In this document: positions 30,854-42,486 of the stretch, one piece after another
Position numbering within the stretch: position 1 is the stretch's first letter
Layout: each line of letters opens with the position of its first letter
Assembly (NCBI GenBank): GCA_963835065.1
Contig: CAWIEK010000041.1
Location: 128,001 to 192,000, forward strand
Direction of reading: 5' to 3'
Origin: an uncultured Chthonomonadaceae bacterium
GTDB taxonomy: Bacteria; Armatimonadota; Chthonomonadetes; Chthonomonadales; Chthonomonadaceae
Length of the DNA stretch: 64,000 nt
Notes under the pieces: model-generated
Told to the model about the DNA's origin: nothing
Database searches by the model: none
The model's input: the letters and a program-made list of their open reading frames with translations, nothing else
Made by a program: the position numbers and the translations under genes

Positions 30854-33802
30854 TTAGCGGCGCAGGTTGGTGTCGAAGAGTTTGAGGATGCGCTTGTACT
30901 CGTCGGCCCAACTGGACGGTTCCTCGAAGGCATGGCTTTCTACCGGGTAGGCGGCGAGTTCCCAGTTTTCTTTGTGCAGTTCGATCAGGCGCTGCGTCAG
31001 CCGCACGGAATCCTGAAAGTGAACGTTGTCGTCCACCATGCCGTGACAGATGAGCAATGCGCCCTTCAAACCCTCCGCAAAGTAAATGGGCGAGACTTTG
31101 GCGGTACGCGGTCGGGTCGTTTTGCGGCTCGTTGAGAATGTTGGCCGTGTAGCCGTGATTGTAGTGCGCCCAATCCGTGACGGGACGCAGGGCCGCGCCC
31201 GCCGCGAAAACATCCGGCTGCGTGAACATCGCCATCAGGGTCAGGAAGCCGCCATAACTGCCGCCGTACAAGCCGATGTGTTTGGGATCAACGCCATACG
31301 TGGATACCAGCCACTTCGCGCCGTCTACTTCGTCGTCCAAATCCTTGCCGCCCATGTGCCGGTAAATGCCTGTGCGCCAATCCCGCCCGTAGCCCGCCGA
31401 GCCGCGATAATCCGCGTCCAGCACCAGATAACCGCGCTCCATCAGCAGGTGATGAAACATATACTCGCGGTAATAGTAGCTCCACCACGTATGGGCGTTT
31501 TGCAGATAGCCCGCGCCATGCACGAACAACACGGCAGGCCCGCCCCGCTTCCATTTCGCGGGTTTGTACAGCCGCGCATACACCGTCGCGCCATCCCGCG
31601 CCTTGTACGTGACAATGGGCGGATTGATCCAGGGGTAGGAAAGCCATTCGGGTGTCGGGGAGTGAGTAACTTGAACGGCATCGGCTTCCCCGTCCGGCGC
31701 GGCGTTTGCCCCTGCGTCAGCCAGTTCAAGCCGGATACTTTCGCGGCGGATGCTCTTGTGGTGGATGCTTTGGCCGCGTGGGTTTTCGTTACGGTGGTTT
31801 TGGTCTCGCTTGTTTGCGCCGTTGACGCGGTGCGGGCGGAGGATGTAACCGCGTCGGATGTGGATACGCCCGAAGAGTCGGAGGCAGACGGGCGGTTGGG
31901 CATGAGGAACAATTCGGGCGGGCGATTGCCGGTGGAACGGACGATTGCCAGCGTTTTATCGTCCGGCGAAACCTCGAAATCATCTTCATCCGCCTGCGAC
32001 ATGCGGACAATGCGCGTCCGGGTTCCGCCGCTAATGGACATGGAATACAGGGCGCGTTCGGTTGGGCCGTCCTCGCTTGACAGAAAATAGAACTTCTGCT
32101 TGTCTTCCGACAGGCGGACGCGCAAAACTTCAAAATGCCCCTGCGTCAGCTGTACCGGAGCGCCGTCTTCCGTAGAGACTGTGTACAAATGCGCGTAGCC
32201 GTCCGCTTCCGAAACAAAGTACACGTGCCGATTGTCGGGCAGAAAGCCCATCGCGCCCGCGCCGAACCTGCCTACCCAGGCGTCGTCGTGGAGATGCGCC
32301 AGAACCTTTGTCGCGCCCGTTGCCGGGTCTGCGCCGAGCAGCCAGGCGTCCTTGTTGTCCGTCGTCCGCGCCGTTACGATAGCCCGCTTGCCGTCTTCGG
32401 ACCACTGCCAGCCGGACCAGTTCACCCGCCGCGTCCCGCTTCGCAGCCCTTCGGCGCTAAAAGCGGGCGGCGTAAAGACAATTGGCTTCGCGTCGCCTGT
32501 CGCCACATTCAGCACGGCCATGCGCGTCGCGCCCTGCGCATCCCCCACTTTGCCCCGACCGGGAATTTCTTCCGTGTACCCGCTTTCCGTGATAAACCGG
32601 GGAATAACCGCGCTTCTTTCGCTGCTGTCGCCCTCGCGGATTGTCAGGCTGACCCATTCGCCATCGGGAGAAAGGCGCAATCCGAACGCGCTTTGCCCGG
32701 CAGCCAGCATAAACGGCTTGCGCTGTCCCCGTTCTTCCTGCCGACGCTTGGCGTCCTGCTCGGCGCGTTGCTTCGCATCCTCGCGCAGCGACTCGAACAA
32801 TTCCGCCTGCGCTTTTTGCAGGGCTTCCTGACTGGAAGCCGCACTCCCGGTTCCCGCGCCGCTCGTTCCCGAAGTATCGGCTGTCCCTGCATTGTTCGCG
32901 CCGTTGCCATTTTGCCTTGCGGGATTGTTTCTGCCTGTACCGTTATTTCTGGCGGCGTTGTTTCGCGCTCCATTGGTTCCTGTTGTTCCCGTTGCAGTGG
33001 CATTATTGCCGGTAGCATTGGTTCCATTCGTGCTGGCTCCAGATTGGGCGACTCCGCCTGTGCCGGATGCCGCGCCGTTCTGCCGGGTTGGGGGAGTCGC
33101 GGTTCTGCGCCGCCCGCCGGCCTGTGCCAGAAACGGCGTTTGTTCCGGCGCGGTTCCCCGGCGTATATCGGTCAGTTGCTTGATGCCCCCGCCGTCGAGC
33201 GCCAGTTCATACAGGTTGCCCTGCCGCTCGAAAACGATGTTCTTGCCGTCCAGCGTGAAGCGCGGATTGCTTTCGGCTTCCATCGTTGCGGTCAGTTGCC
33301 GCTTTTGGTTCTGCGCGAAATCGTACAGGTAGATGTCGCCGGCTTCCGAATACACAGCCAGATGTTTGTCGGGAGAAAGTTCGCGGAATTGGGGCGGCAG
33401 GCGTTTCGCGTCCTCGTCTATAAGGCGGTGCAGGCCGCTGCCGTCCGCGTTGACCACATAATGGGCATACTCCTTGCGGCGCGACTCCCCGGCCTGTTTC
33501 CAGTCGAAGTACACAAAACGCCCATCCTGCGACCAGTGTACGTTGACGGGCGCGTAGCCGATCAATTCCGGGCCGCGCATGATGTTGTCTATCGTAAGCG
33601 CGAACGGCTTGGAAGCGACCTGCCCACGCGCCGGGGATGCCGACGCAGTTGAGGGTTGTGTCCTTCCCTCCGGGTGGACGCCCGTGTTGAGGGTTGAGGT
33701 CTGCCCCCCCACTTGAGACACCGACGCCAAAAGTAACGCAAGGCCATAAAACGGCGAAAAAGCGCGAAACAAAGGACGCTCAGGCAACTGAAAAAAGTGC
33801 AT
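30854..33802 (-). CDS. S9 family (DPP IV-like) peptidase, split by two frameshifts (~31700-31880 and ~31097)
   Basis: Signal peptide, propeller repeats, VHGAGY, DYRGS.GYG, nucleophile [14 protein letters not shown] and catalytic His in ESH, spread across three frames. Confidence 0.9.
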
Positions 33803-34052
33803 CAATAATTTTCGCTTTCTACCTTCACAAAGCCGGTGTTCGGTGTTTGGTATTCGGATACCCGGCGTTTGTATCAAGGGCCGTGAACGCATTATACAGG
33901 TTCTTAAAAAAGTAGGAAAGTGTTACTCTACCATAGAGAACGTCACGCTTGTATTATGAACAGGATTGGCTATGATGTCAACAAGACAATGTCTGCGCAC
34001 AGGGTAAAGTTCTGTGGCGAATTTGTCGTTCTTCCGTTAGTAAGGGTAGTAA

Positions 34053-35413
34053 GGGTCTGTAAAAGTATAAGTTCCCGAATCAAGCGAGCATAACCGTTTC
34101 TCTTGGGCGCACGGTGTAGTTCCATTGCGGACACACGTCGTGCTTGGTCAGGTTCAAAGCGGCTATCACGTCGTCGGCTATCTGGATGCCCTTTTGGTAC
34201 ACTTGGGTGACCAGATGCGCCGTCACCTGCAAGCCCGTGCTGGTAGTGGTCTGACGCAAGTAGTGTAATACCGTGTCGTAATCGCGCAAGGGACATCCCG
34301 CCCACGTCTTGCTGATCTCGCTGAAAACCCGATGTTCAATCGGGTTCCACTTGGAGCAGCCGGTGGGCAAGTGGCACACGGTCACTTCCAGGCCGAAGCG
34401 GTCGGCAATTTTCTCTTGGAGTTGCTGCTTCCACAACTTGCAGCGGTAGCCGTTGCTGCCGCCGCAGTCGCTATGCAGCAACAACTGCGTGGCATGGGGA
34501 TAGCGTACCGGCATCTCGGTTTCACACCAGTGAGCCAGATTGTTGACGGCGAACTCGCCCGTGTCGGCGGACTGCCCGACATAAACGGTGGCGACATTGT
34601 GAGCCAGATCATAGATGCCGTAAGGAACCGCCCGTCCTATCCCCTCACTGGGAAAGTCGTGGACGTTGACCGCTTGGGCTTCTTGACACCAGATGCGCCC
34701 TGCGTTCTTGAAGTCGCCGAGCAGTTCTTTCTTCTTGGTATCCAAAGATAAAACGGGCTGTCCTGCGGCCACAAACGCTTCCCGTTGGCGCTGCAAATAG
34801 ACAAACTGCGTGTCGCGTTCGGGCGGGTGGCTGGCTTCACGCTCCTTGACATTGGCCCGCAGGCGATAGTCGCGCTTCTTGAGCAGACGGCTCAACACAG
34901 GCAGGCTGACCGTATGCGCCTTCTTCTGCAAGTGCGCTTGCAAGTCGCGCAAGCGCACGTTGAGCCACTTGGTCGTGGTCATTGGATCGCCTGCCGTATG
35001 CGGTTCAACCGCCTCCACGAGAGCGTCTGCTAAGGTCGTGTCTTTTTTTCAGCGGCGGGTTGCCCGCCGCCTTCGTGACGCAGACGGTCGGCGGGAACCG
35101 TGCTCAGGTCGGCTTGGAGTTCGCGCCTGCCGCGACGGATGGTTTTTTCATCCAGACCGGTGAGGAGCGAAAGTTCGCCGTCCGTGAGGGCGTTGGGCAT
35201 GAGCGACAGCGACCCAACATACCAGCGGCGTTGCGGTTCATTGAGCCGGCTGAGCAACAGGTTGATTTGATGGTGGTAGCGCGTAAGCGCTGTATCCACT
35301 TGCGTAAGACACGTCGCACAGGAACACCGATGTATCGGCGGGGTAGGTTCCGGCAGAGGAGTTTTCATACCTCTGAGTTTACCACATTCGGGAAGTTATA
35401 CTTTTACGGACCC
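34053..35413 (-). mobile_element. ISAzo13-family insertion sequence
   Basis: Inverted repeats (TAA)GGGTCTGTAAAAGTATAAGTTCCCGAAT at 34050-34080 and ATTCGGGAAGTTATACTTTTACGGACCC(TTA) at 35386-35416, with 2 mismatches. Exact ends +/-1 bp. Confidence 0.92.
34080..35368 (-). CDS. ISAzo13-family DDE transposase (two ORFs, probable -1 frameshift)
   Basis: LNEPQRRWY, TIRRGRREL; slippery A-AAA-AAG at ~35042-35049; SLDTKKKELLGDFKN, VHDF, PYGIYD, DCGGSNG, SKWNPIEHRVFSEI, WNYT. Confidence 0.93.
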
Positions 35414-35449
35414 TTAAGTGCAAGGTGACGTTGCATGATTTGTTCTTGA

Positions 35450-36697
35450 TTACTCAGCCGCCTGAAATAGTGGCGTCCATAACACGTTTTTCCTGCCCCA
35501 CTTGATGGTTCCATTCGCCCAAAATAGCGGCAAGGTTTCTTTTGGAATGGAATGTGAAAACGCTGTGGTTAGAGCCGCCTGACGAACGCCCAAAGCGCAC
35601 TGCCGAATCCACGCATCCGGCTTCTCCTTGTTGTGGCTCTGCAAATACGATTGATATAGTTGGTAGCCTACCTCGGAACAGAAATTTATAGCGCGTTGCC
35701 GTTTGTCTTCATTTGTCCAGCCTGTAAAAGCAACCGGGGAAATATACTGGTCAGGATGAACTAAACAGTCCTGCTCATCGCACAGCGCATCGGACTTCAG
35801 CGCCTGAATCCCTACAGGCGTCAAAATCGGCAGGTTGTCCGTTGTTCGTATATCTATGGTGATGTTGTTCATGTGATTTTCGCCAAGGTAGCGTTCCAAA
35901 AACGTCAAAGCGTAGTTTGTTGTCAATGCTACGCGCAACTGGATTTCGGCGCTTGTCAACATAGCGGCATCGGGTAACTTCACTGCTTTCGCCTTGGCCG
36001 GATCAGTTACGCCTGTTAATCCTCCTAGAACTCGTGACATTTCGTTGCCGGTAATAAGACAATCTTCAACATAGAGAACGTTTTTGTACCCCTCAATAAG
36101 AGCCTCTCTAATGTCGAGCAAAGGCATGTTCAACTGATTTAGTTCAGGAGCGGCTAACTGCTTTTTAACCAAGTTTGCAATAACACCAGCGCTTTTACCG
36201 GCTTCGGCATGTTGATTGACGCAGATACAATCAATGCCTGCTAATCCTTTTTTGTTGATACGCAGCGCCTTTCGCACACGCGCTTCTGACCAGAAATCTA
36301 ATCGCCTTAACAATTCTTCTGCAATCCACGCGGCGCCATCTAATTTATCGAACTGCTCTATCCAGGCATCCAGCGCATTTCTGTCAACTTCCCCATGCCG
36401 CCAGGCATTGCGCAATGTATCCTCGATTTTGCTCGACCAATCCAGTCTCAGTTGTTTCAACGTGTGTGGTAAAGCTGCGCGCAACAAGTTTGTAATGTTT
36501 GCCGGACGATTTAGAAAGCCACGTTCTGTAATACGGGCGGGCACAATCTTTATATCGTTGGGTACTAAAATATGGGGAAAGTGTGTGGGCAGGTTTGCCT
36601 CAATCGTTTGTGTAACAAAGGAAGCATGTGTTGAACGCTTCTGAGGTATTACAACCATCTGAATGATCTTCTCATCTTCCCAACTTTCAGAGGTCAA
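35450..36697 (-). CDS. Phosphoribosyltransferase-like (PRTase-CE-like) protein, low GC, copy 1
   Basis: WIEQFD, GKSAGVI, PRPP-loop-like VLYVEDCLITGNEM, C-terminal FSHSIPKETLPLFW. TTG start uncertain; the frame stays open ~40 codons upstream. Confidence 0.7.
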   Translation of the reverse strand: MTSESWEDEKIIQMVVIPQKRSTHASFVTQTIEANLPTHFPHILVPNDIKIVPARITERGFLNRPANITNLLRAALPHTLKQLRLDWSSKIEDTLRNAWRHGEVDRNALDAWIEQFDKLDGAAWIAEELLRRLDFWSEARVRKALRINKKGLAGIDCICVNQHAEAGKSAGVIANLVKKQLAAPELNQLNMPLLDIREALIEGYKNVLYVEDCLITGNEMSRVLGGLTGVTDPAKAKAVKLPDAAMLTSAEIQLRVALTTNYALTFLERYLGENHMNNITIDIRTTDNLPILTPVGIQALKSDALCDEQDCLVHPDQYISPVAFTGWTNEDKRQRAINFCSEVGYQLYQSYLQSHNKEKPDAWIRQCALGVRQAALTTAFSHSIPKETLPLFWANGTIKWGRKNVLWTPLFQAAE

Positions 36698-37347
36698 GCG
36701 GCACAGTACCTCATGCGCTTTAGCCTTATTTACATCTTGGCATACAACAATAACATGCGCCTGTCCTTTCTTCAGCGGGTTTCGACATTTTCTAACAGAC
36801 CTCCATGCCTGTCAAATTTGCAGCACATGCCAAAGCAAGAAAGCCCTACCATCTATATAGACAGTAGGACTCTCTTAAAACAAGATGCAGGAATTTTGTA
36901 CTGCGGCCACTCTACAAATTCCTAGTGGCAAGAGTCAGGAAGCACCGATCCGCCCACGATGGTATTGGTTGTTAAAACCTTGCTCATAACAGCCCTATAA
37001 AGACTGTCAAGTCCCCAGCACTGCGCAAATTCGCCTTCCCATCGCCCATATATAGTATAGGCTATAAAGTCTGCTTTGTCAAGACCAACGGGCGCAATTT
37101 TTGTGGTGAAGTTATCGGTATTAAGATTAGCAATTCACAGGCACTGGCGCGAACCTTGACTATCCCGGTTCGTATAACAACAGCGTGGCAGGTATGACGC
37201 AAGATACTGCCGCCACTTTCTACAAAAATTACCCTTTTGCTGCCGACAATAGAACAAACGCTGAATGATGAATGATGAATGATGAATGAATTGGATTTTG
37301 TTCATCACTCATCACTCAGCATTCAGCATTTCCTTTGAGGAGTATAC

Positions 37348-39917
37348 ATGCCTACCGTTCATGCTTTTCACGTCGTGCCCGCGCTGCCCGACTCGCTTGA
37401 CCGCCTGCGCGAACTGGCGTTCAATATCCAATGGGCCTGGAACCATGAGGCCATCGAACTGTTCCGAAGACTGGACCGCGACCTGTGGGAAAGCAGCGGG
37501 CACAACCCCGTCCGCATGTTGGGCACGATTTCACAGGAGCGCTTGCGCGAAATCGCGCAGGACGACGGCTTTCTGGCCGAACTGGACCGGGTTCGTTATG
37601 GCCTGGAAAACTATCTGAAAGCGCAAAACACGTGGTTTACGCGCAACTGGAAAGACAAAGTTTCGCCCGACACGCGCATTGCCTACTTTTCTATGGAATT
37701 CGGCATGACGGAGTGCCTGCCGATCTATTCCGGCGGTTTGGGCGTTCTTTCCGGGGACCACTTAAGTCGTCGAGCGATCTGGGATTGCCGCTTGTGGGCG
37801 TCGGCTTGCTGTACCAGCAGGGCTATTTCCGGCAGTTCCTCAACGCGGAAGGCTGGCAGCAGGAGCGCTACCCGACCAACGATTTTTACAACATGCCGAT
37901 GCAGTTGCAGACGGACGCGAACGGCAAGCCCCTGCGCATTTGCGTGGAGTTTCCGGGCCGCAACGTGTACGCGCAAATCTGGAAAATCGCGGTTGGGCGC
38001 ATCCCGCTGTATCTGCTCGACACCAACATTGACGCCAACAACTACGAAGACCAGAACATCACGGATCAGCTGTACGGCGGCGATACGGAAATGCGCTTGA
38101 AGCAGGAGATTGATTTTGGGCATCGGCGGGATGCGCGCTTTGACCGCGCTGGACATTCAGCCGACCATCTGCCACATGAACGAAGGCCACTCGGCGTTTA
38201 TGGCGTTTGAGCGCACCCGCATGTTGATGCAGCAGAACGGCTGCGACTACTGGCATGCCCGCGAAGCCACCGCTGCGGGCAATCTGTTCACCACGCACAC
38301 GCCCGTTCCCGCCGGCTTCGATATGTTCCCGCCTGACCTGCTGGGCCGCTATTTCGGCGGCTATATCGGGCAGCTTGGCATTACGTTCAATGAGTTTATG
38401 AACCTGGGCCGCTACCACGAATACAACACGGACGAAAAGTTCAATATGGCGATCATGGCGCTGCGCCACGCGCACCACGTCAACGGCGTCAGCAAACTGC
38501 ACGGCAAAGTAACGCGGCGCATGGTGCAAATCGGCTTTCCGCAGTTCCCGGAAGAGGAAGTGCCGGTCAGCAGCGTCACGAACGGCATCCACGCGCGCTC
38601 GTTCACATCCCGCGAAATGGCGAACGTGCTGGACCGGTATCTAGGCGGGCGCTGGTCGCAGGACGTGAGCGGCGAGGGCGTGTGGGAGCAAGATGAACAG
38701 CATCCCGGACGAGGAAATCTGGCGCGTGAAGCAGCGTCGGCGCGAACAACTGGTGCAGTTTGCGCGCGAACGGCTGAAACTGCAGTACGAGCAGCGGGGC
38801 ATGAGCGAGTACGAAATCCGCCGGACGCGCGAAATCCTGCACCCGGACGCGCTGACCATCGGCTTCGCCCGCCGCTTCGCCACCTACAAGCGCGCTACCC
38901 TCCTGCTGTCCGACCCGGAACGGCTGATAACGACTGCTGACGGACGCGGAGCGTCCCGTGCAGATTATCATGGCGGGCAAGGCGCACCCCAAGGACGATG
39001 GCGGCAAGGATCTGATTCAGGAAATCGTGCAGTTTGCCCGCAAATCCGACGTGCGCCACCGCATTGTCTTTCTGGAAGATTACGACCTTGCCCTTGCGCG
39101 GCAAATGGTGCAGGGCGTGGACGTGTGGCTGAATACGCCCCGCCGCCCGATGGAAGCCAGCGGCACGAGCGGCATGAAAGTGCTTGCCAACGGCGGCCTG
39201 AACCTTTCCATTCCCGACGGCTGGTGGGCGGAAGTGGAGGAAAAGGGCGTGGGCTGGTTCATCGGCAAGGGCGAGGATTACGCCGACCCGGACGAGCAGG
39301 ATCGGGTAGAGGCCCGCGTCCTTTACGACATTCTGGAAAAAGAGGTTGTGCCGCTGTTTTATGACCGGGCGGGCGAAAGCCTGCCGCGCGGCTGGATGTC
39401 CCGCGTCAAGAACTCCATGAGCCAGTTGTGTCCCGAGTTCAACACGCACCGCATGGTGTCGGAGTACGCCACGAGTTTCTACTTCCCGGCAACCGAGCGG
39501 TTCCAGCGCTTGACGCAGGACGGTTTGGGGCAGGCAAAAGAACTGGTGGACTGGAAGAACCGCGTCCGCGACAAATGGGGCCAACTGCACATTGACAACG
39601 TGGAATCGCAAAAAACGGGCGACGACACGATTTCCGCCGGGCAGTCCGTGCATATCAAGGCGTCCGTGCAATTGGGCGACCTGAAGCCGCAGGACATTAT
39701 TGTTCAAGCCTACTACGGCGCGCTCGACTTCAACCACCAGATCACGAGCGGAACCGCCGTGCCAATGGAATGGACGGGCGCGCAGGACGGGCGCAACATC
39801 TACGAAGGCGACCTGCCCACGACCAACAGCGGGATGCAGGGCTTTTCCGTGCGCGTCCTGCCCACGCACCCCGATGCCCTGATGCCTATCGAACTGCCGC
39901 TCATTACGTGGGAGTAG
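37348..39917 (+). pseudogene. glgP: Alpha-glucan phosphorylase copy 1, four frameshifts (~37761, ~38108, ~38686, ~38930)
   Basis: Colinear with the intact copy at 42487 but has single-base indels, which could be real or sequencing errors. Confidence 0.88.
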
Positions 39918-39927
39918 GAGAAGATTC

Positions 39928-40074
39928 ACCACCCGCTGCGCTAGAGACACAGAGACACAGAGGTTTCACAGAGAAAAGAAAAACGAGGAGGTCGCGGTTC
40001 CCATCACTCCTCTTCTCCTTTTCTTCCTCTGTGTTCCCTCTCTGTGTCTCTGTGTCTCTAGCGCAGCGGGTGGT
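39928..40074. repeat. Long hairpin element with perfect 35-bp arms between convergent genes (copy 1)
   Basis: ACCACCCGCTGCGCTAGAGACACAGAGACACAGAG (39928-39962) and its reverse complement (40040-40074). Confidence 0.9.
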
Positions 40075-40079
40075 TCATT

Positions 40080-40430
40080 CTAGTTCTTCAAGGTGACAGT
40101 TCGGCGTTTCAGGTCGGCGATGCTGACGAGGACGATGTAGCGCAGGCGGAACTCGCCGGGCGTACCGGGCGCGCTTAGTTTTTTGGCGTCACCGGTCAGG
40201 CTCTGGTACATCAGGTCGCGGGTTTCCAGATGGCGGCGCGACACGTCTTCGGGCAGCGAGTCGAGATCAACGTCAATGGCCGCTTGCTGGGTTTCGCCCG
40301 TCCCGTACAGTTTGAACACCGTGCCGGACAAATTCCGGTAATGTGAAAAATACAATCCGCTTTTCGCGTCGGCGGCAACCGCAGGCCGCTCCACAATCTT
40401 GACCGCTTCCCCCTCCTGCAAACGCAGCAT
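40080..40430 (-). CDS. Hypothetical protein (SH3/KOW-like start), copy 1
   Basis: AGGAGG RBS. The protein is identical between copies while the DNA differs at synonymous sites, which supports coding. Confidence 0.8.
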   Translation of the reverse strand: MLRLQEGEAVKIVERPAVAADAKSGLYFSHYRNLSGTVFKLYGTGETQQAAIDVDLDSLPEDVSRRHLETRDLMYQSLTGDAKKLSAPGTPGEFRLRYIVLVSIADLKRRTVTLKN

Positions 40431-40589
40431 GGTTCAACCCTCCTGATGGTAAACAAAAGACAAGCAAAATGGATGACGGCGGCAATGTTCCGGCACTACA
40501 CACCGTCAAATGTATACTACATACTTAGTATAGCAGCCGGAAGGGAGGATTGCAACATTGCAAGGTGACGTTGCATGATTTGTACTTGA

Positions 40590-41836
40590 TTACTCAGCCG
40601 CCTGAAATAGTGGCTTGCATGACGCGTTTTTCCTGGCCCATTTGATAGTTACATTCGCCAAAATAGCGGCAAGGTTTCTTTTGGAATGGAATGTGAAAAC
40701 GCTGTGATTAGAGCCGCCTGACGAACGCCCAAAGCGCACTGCCGAATCCACGCATCCGGCTTCTCCTTGTTGTGGCTCTGCAAATACGATTGATATAGTT
40801 GGTAGCCTACCTCGGAACAGAAATTTATAGCGCGTTGCCGTTTGTCTTCATTTGTCCAGCCTGTAAAAGCAACCGGGGAAATATACTGGTCAGGATGAAC
40901 TAAACAGTCCTGCTCATCGCACAGCGCATCAGACTTCAGCGCCTGAATCCCTACAGGCGTCAAAATCGGCAGGTTGTCCGTTGTTCGTATATCTATGGTG
41001 ATGTTGTTCATGTGATTTTCGCCAAGGTAGCGTTCCAAAAACGTCAAAGCGTAGTTTGTTGTCAATGCTACGCGCAACTGGATTTCGGCGCTTGTCAACA
41101 TAGCGGCATCGGGTAACTTCACTGCTTTCGCCTTGGCCGGATCAGTTACGCCTGTTAATCCTCCTAGAACTCGTGACATTTCGTTGCCGGTAATAAGACA
41201 ATCTTCAACATAGAGAACGTTTTTGTACCCCTCAATAAGAGCCTCTCTAATGTAGAGCAAAGGCATGTTCAACTGATTTAGTTCAGGAGCGGCTAACTGC
41301 TTTTTAACCAAGTTTGCAATAACACCAGCGCTTTTACCGGCTTCGGCATGTTGATTGACGCAGATACAATCAATGCCTGCTAATCCTTTTTTGTTGATAC
41401 GCAGCGCCTTTCGCACACGCGCTTCTGACCAGAAATCTAATCGCCTTAACAATTCTTCTGCAATCCACGCGGCGCCATCTAATTTATCGAACTGCTCTAT
41501 CCAGGCATCCAGCGCATTTCTGTCAACTTCCCCATGCCGCCAGGCATTGCGCAATGTATCCTCGATTTTGCTCGACCAATCCAGTCTCAGTTGTTTCAAC
41601 GTGTGTGGTAAAGCTGCGCGCAACAAGTTTGTAATGTTTGCCGGACGATTTAGAAAGCCACGTTCTGTAATACGGGCGGGCACAATCTTTATATCGTTGG
41701 GTACTAAAATATGGGGAAAGTGTGTGGGCAGGTTTGCCTCAATCGTTTGTGTAACAAAGGAAGCATGTGTTGAACGCTTCTGAGGTATTACAACCATCTG
41801 AATGATCTTCTCATCTTCCCAACTTTCAGAGGTCAA
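40590..41836 (-). pseudogene. PRTase-like protein copy 2, with frameshifted and diverged 3' end
   Basis: Near-identical to copy 1, but a 1-bp deletion at ~40659 truncates it (…LFWRM*) and substitutions cluster in the last ~25 codons. Confidence 0.7.
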
Positions 41837-42486
41837 GCGGCACAGTACCTCATGCGCTTTAGCCTTATTTACATCTTGGCATACAACAATAACATGCGCC
41901 TGTCCTTTCTTCAGCGGGTTTCGACATTTTCTAACAGACCTCCATGCCTGTCAAATTTGCAGCACATGCCAAAGCAAGAAAGCCCTACCATCTATATAGA
42001 CAGTAGGACTCTCTTAAAACAAGATGCAGGAATTTTGTACTGCGGCCACTCTACAAATTCCTAGTGGCAAGAGTCAGGAAGCACCGATCCGCCCACGATG
42101 GTATTGGTTGTTAAAACCTTGCTCATAACAGCCCTATAAAGACTGTCAAGTCCCCAGCACTGCGCAAATTCGCCTTCCCATCGCCCATATATAGTATAGG
42201 CTATAAAGTCTGCTTTGTCAAGACCAACGGGCGCAATTTTTGTGGTGAAGTTATCGGTATTAAGATTAGCAATTCACAGGCACTGGCGCGAACCTTGACT
42301 ATCCCGGTTCGTATAACAACAGCGTGGCAGGTATGACGCAAGATACTGCCGCCACTTTCTACAAAAATTACCCTTTTGCTGCCGACAATAGAACAAACGC
42401 TGAATGATGAATGATGAATGATGAATGAATTGGATTTTGTTCATCACTCATCACTCAGCATTCAGCATTTCCTTTGAGGAGTATAC

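Larger units (their letters stand above)
35419..40558. repeat. Tandem duplication, copy 1 (5140 bp)
   Basis: Starts TGCAAGGTGACGTTGC and ends GGAGGATTGCAACAT; colinear with 40559..45689. Confidence 0.95.

Noticed and set aside
32135..33652. 505-aa plus-strand ORF and similar long antisense ORFs (e.g. 43780-45087, 49702-50988, 19122-20339)
   Set aside because: Shadow ORFs opposite well-supported genes in GC-rich DNA, with no motifs.
40559..40710. DGR template/variable repeat pair
   Set aside because: The changes are not adenine-specific and there is no reverse transcriptase in the window.
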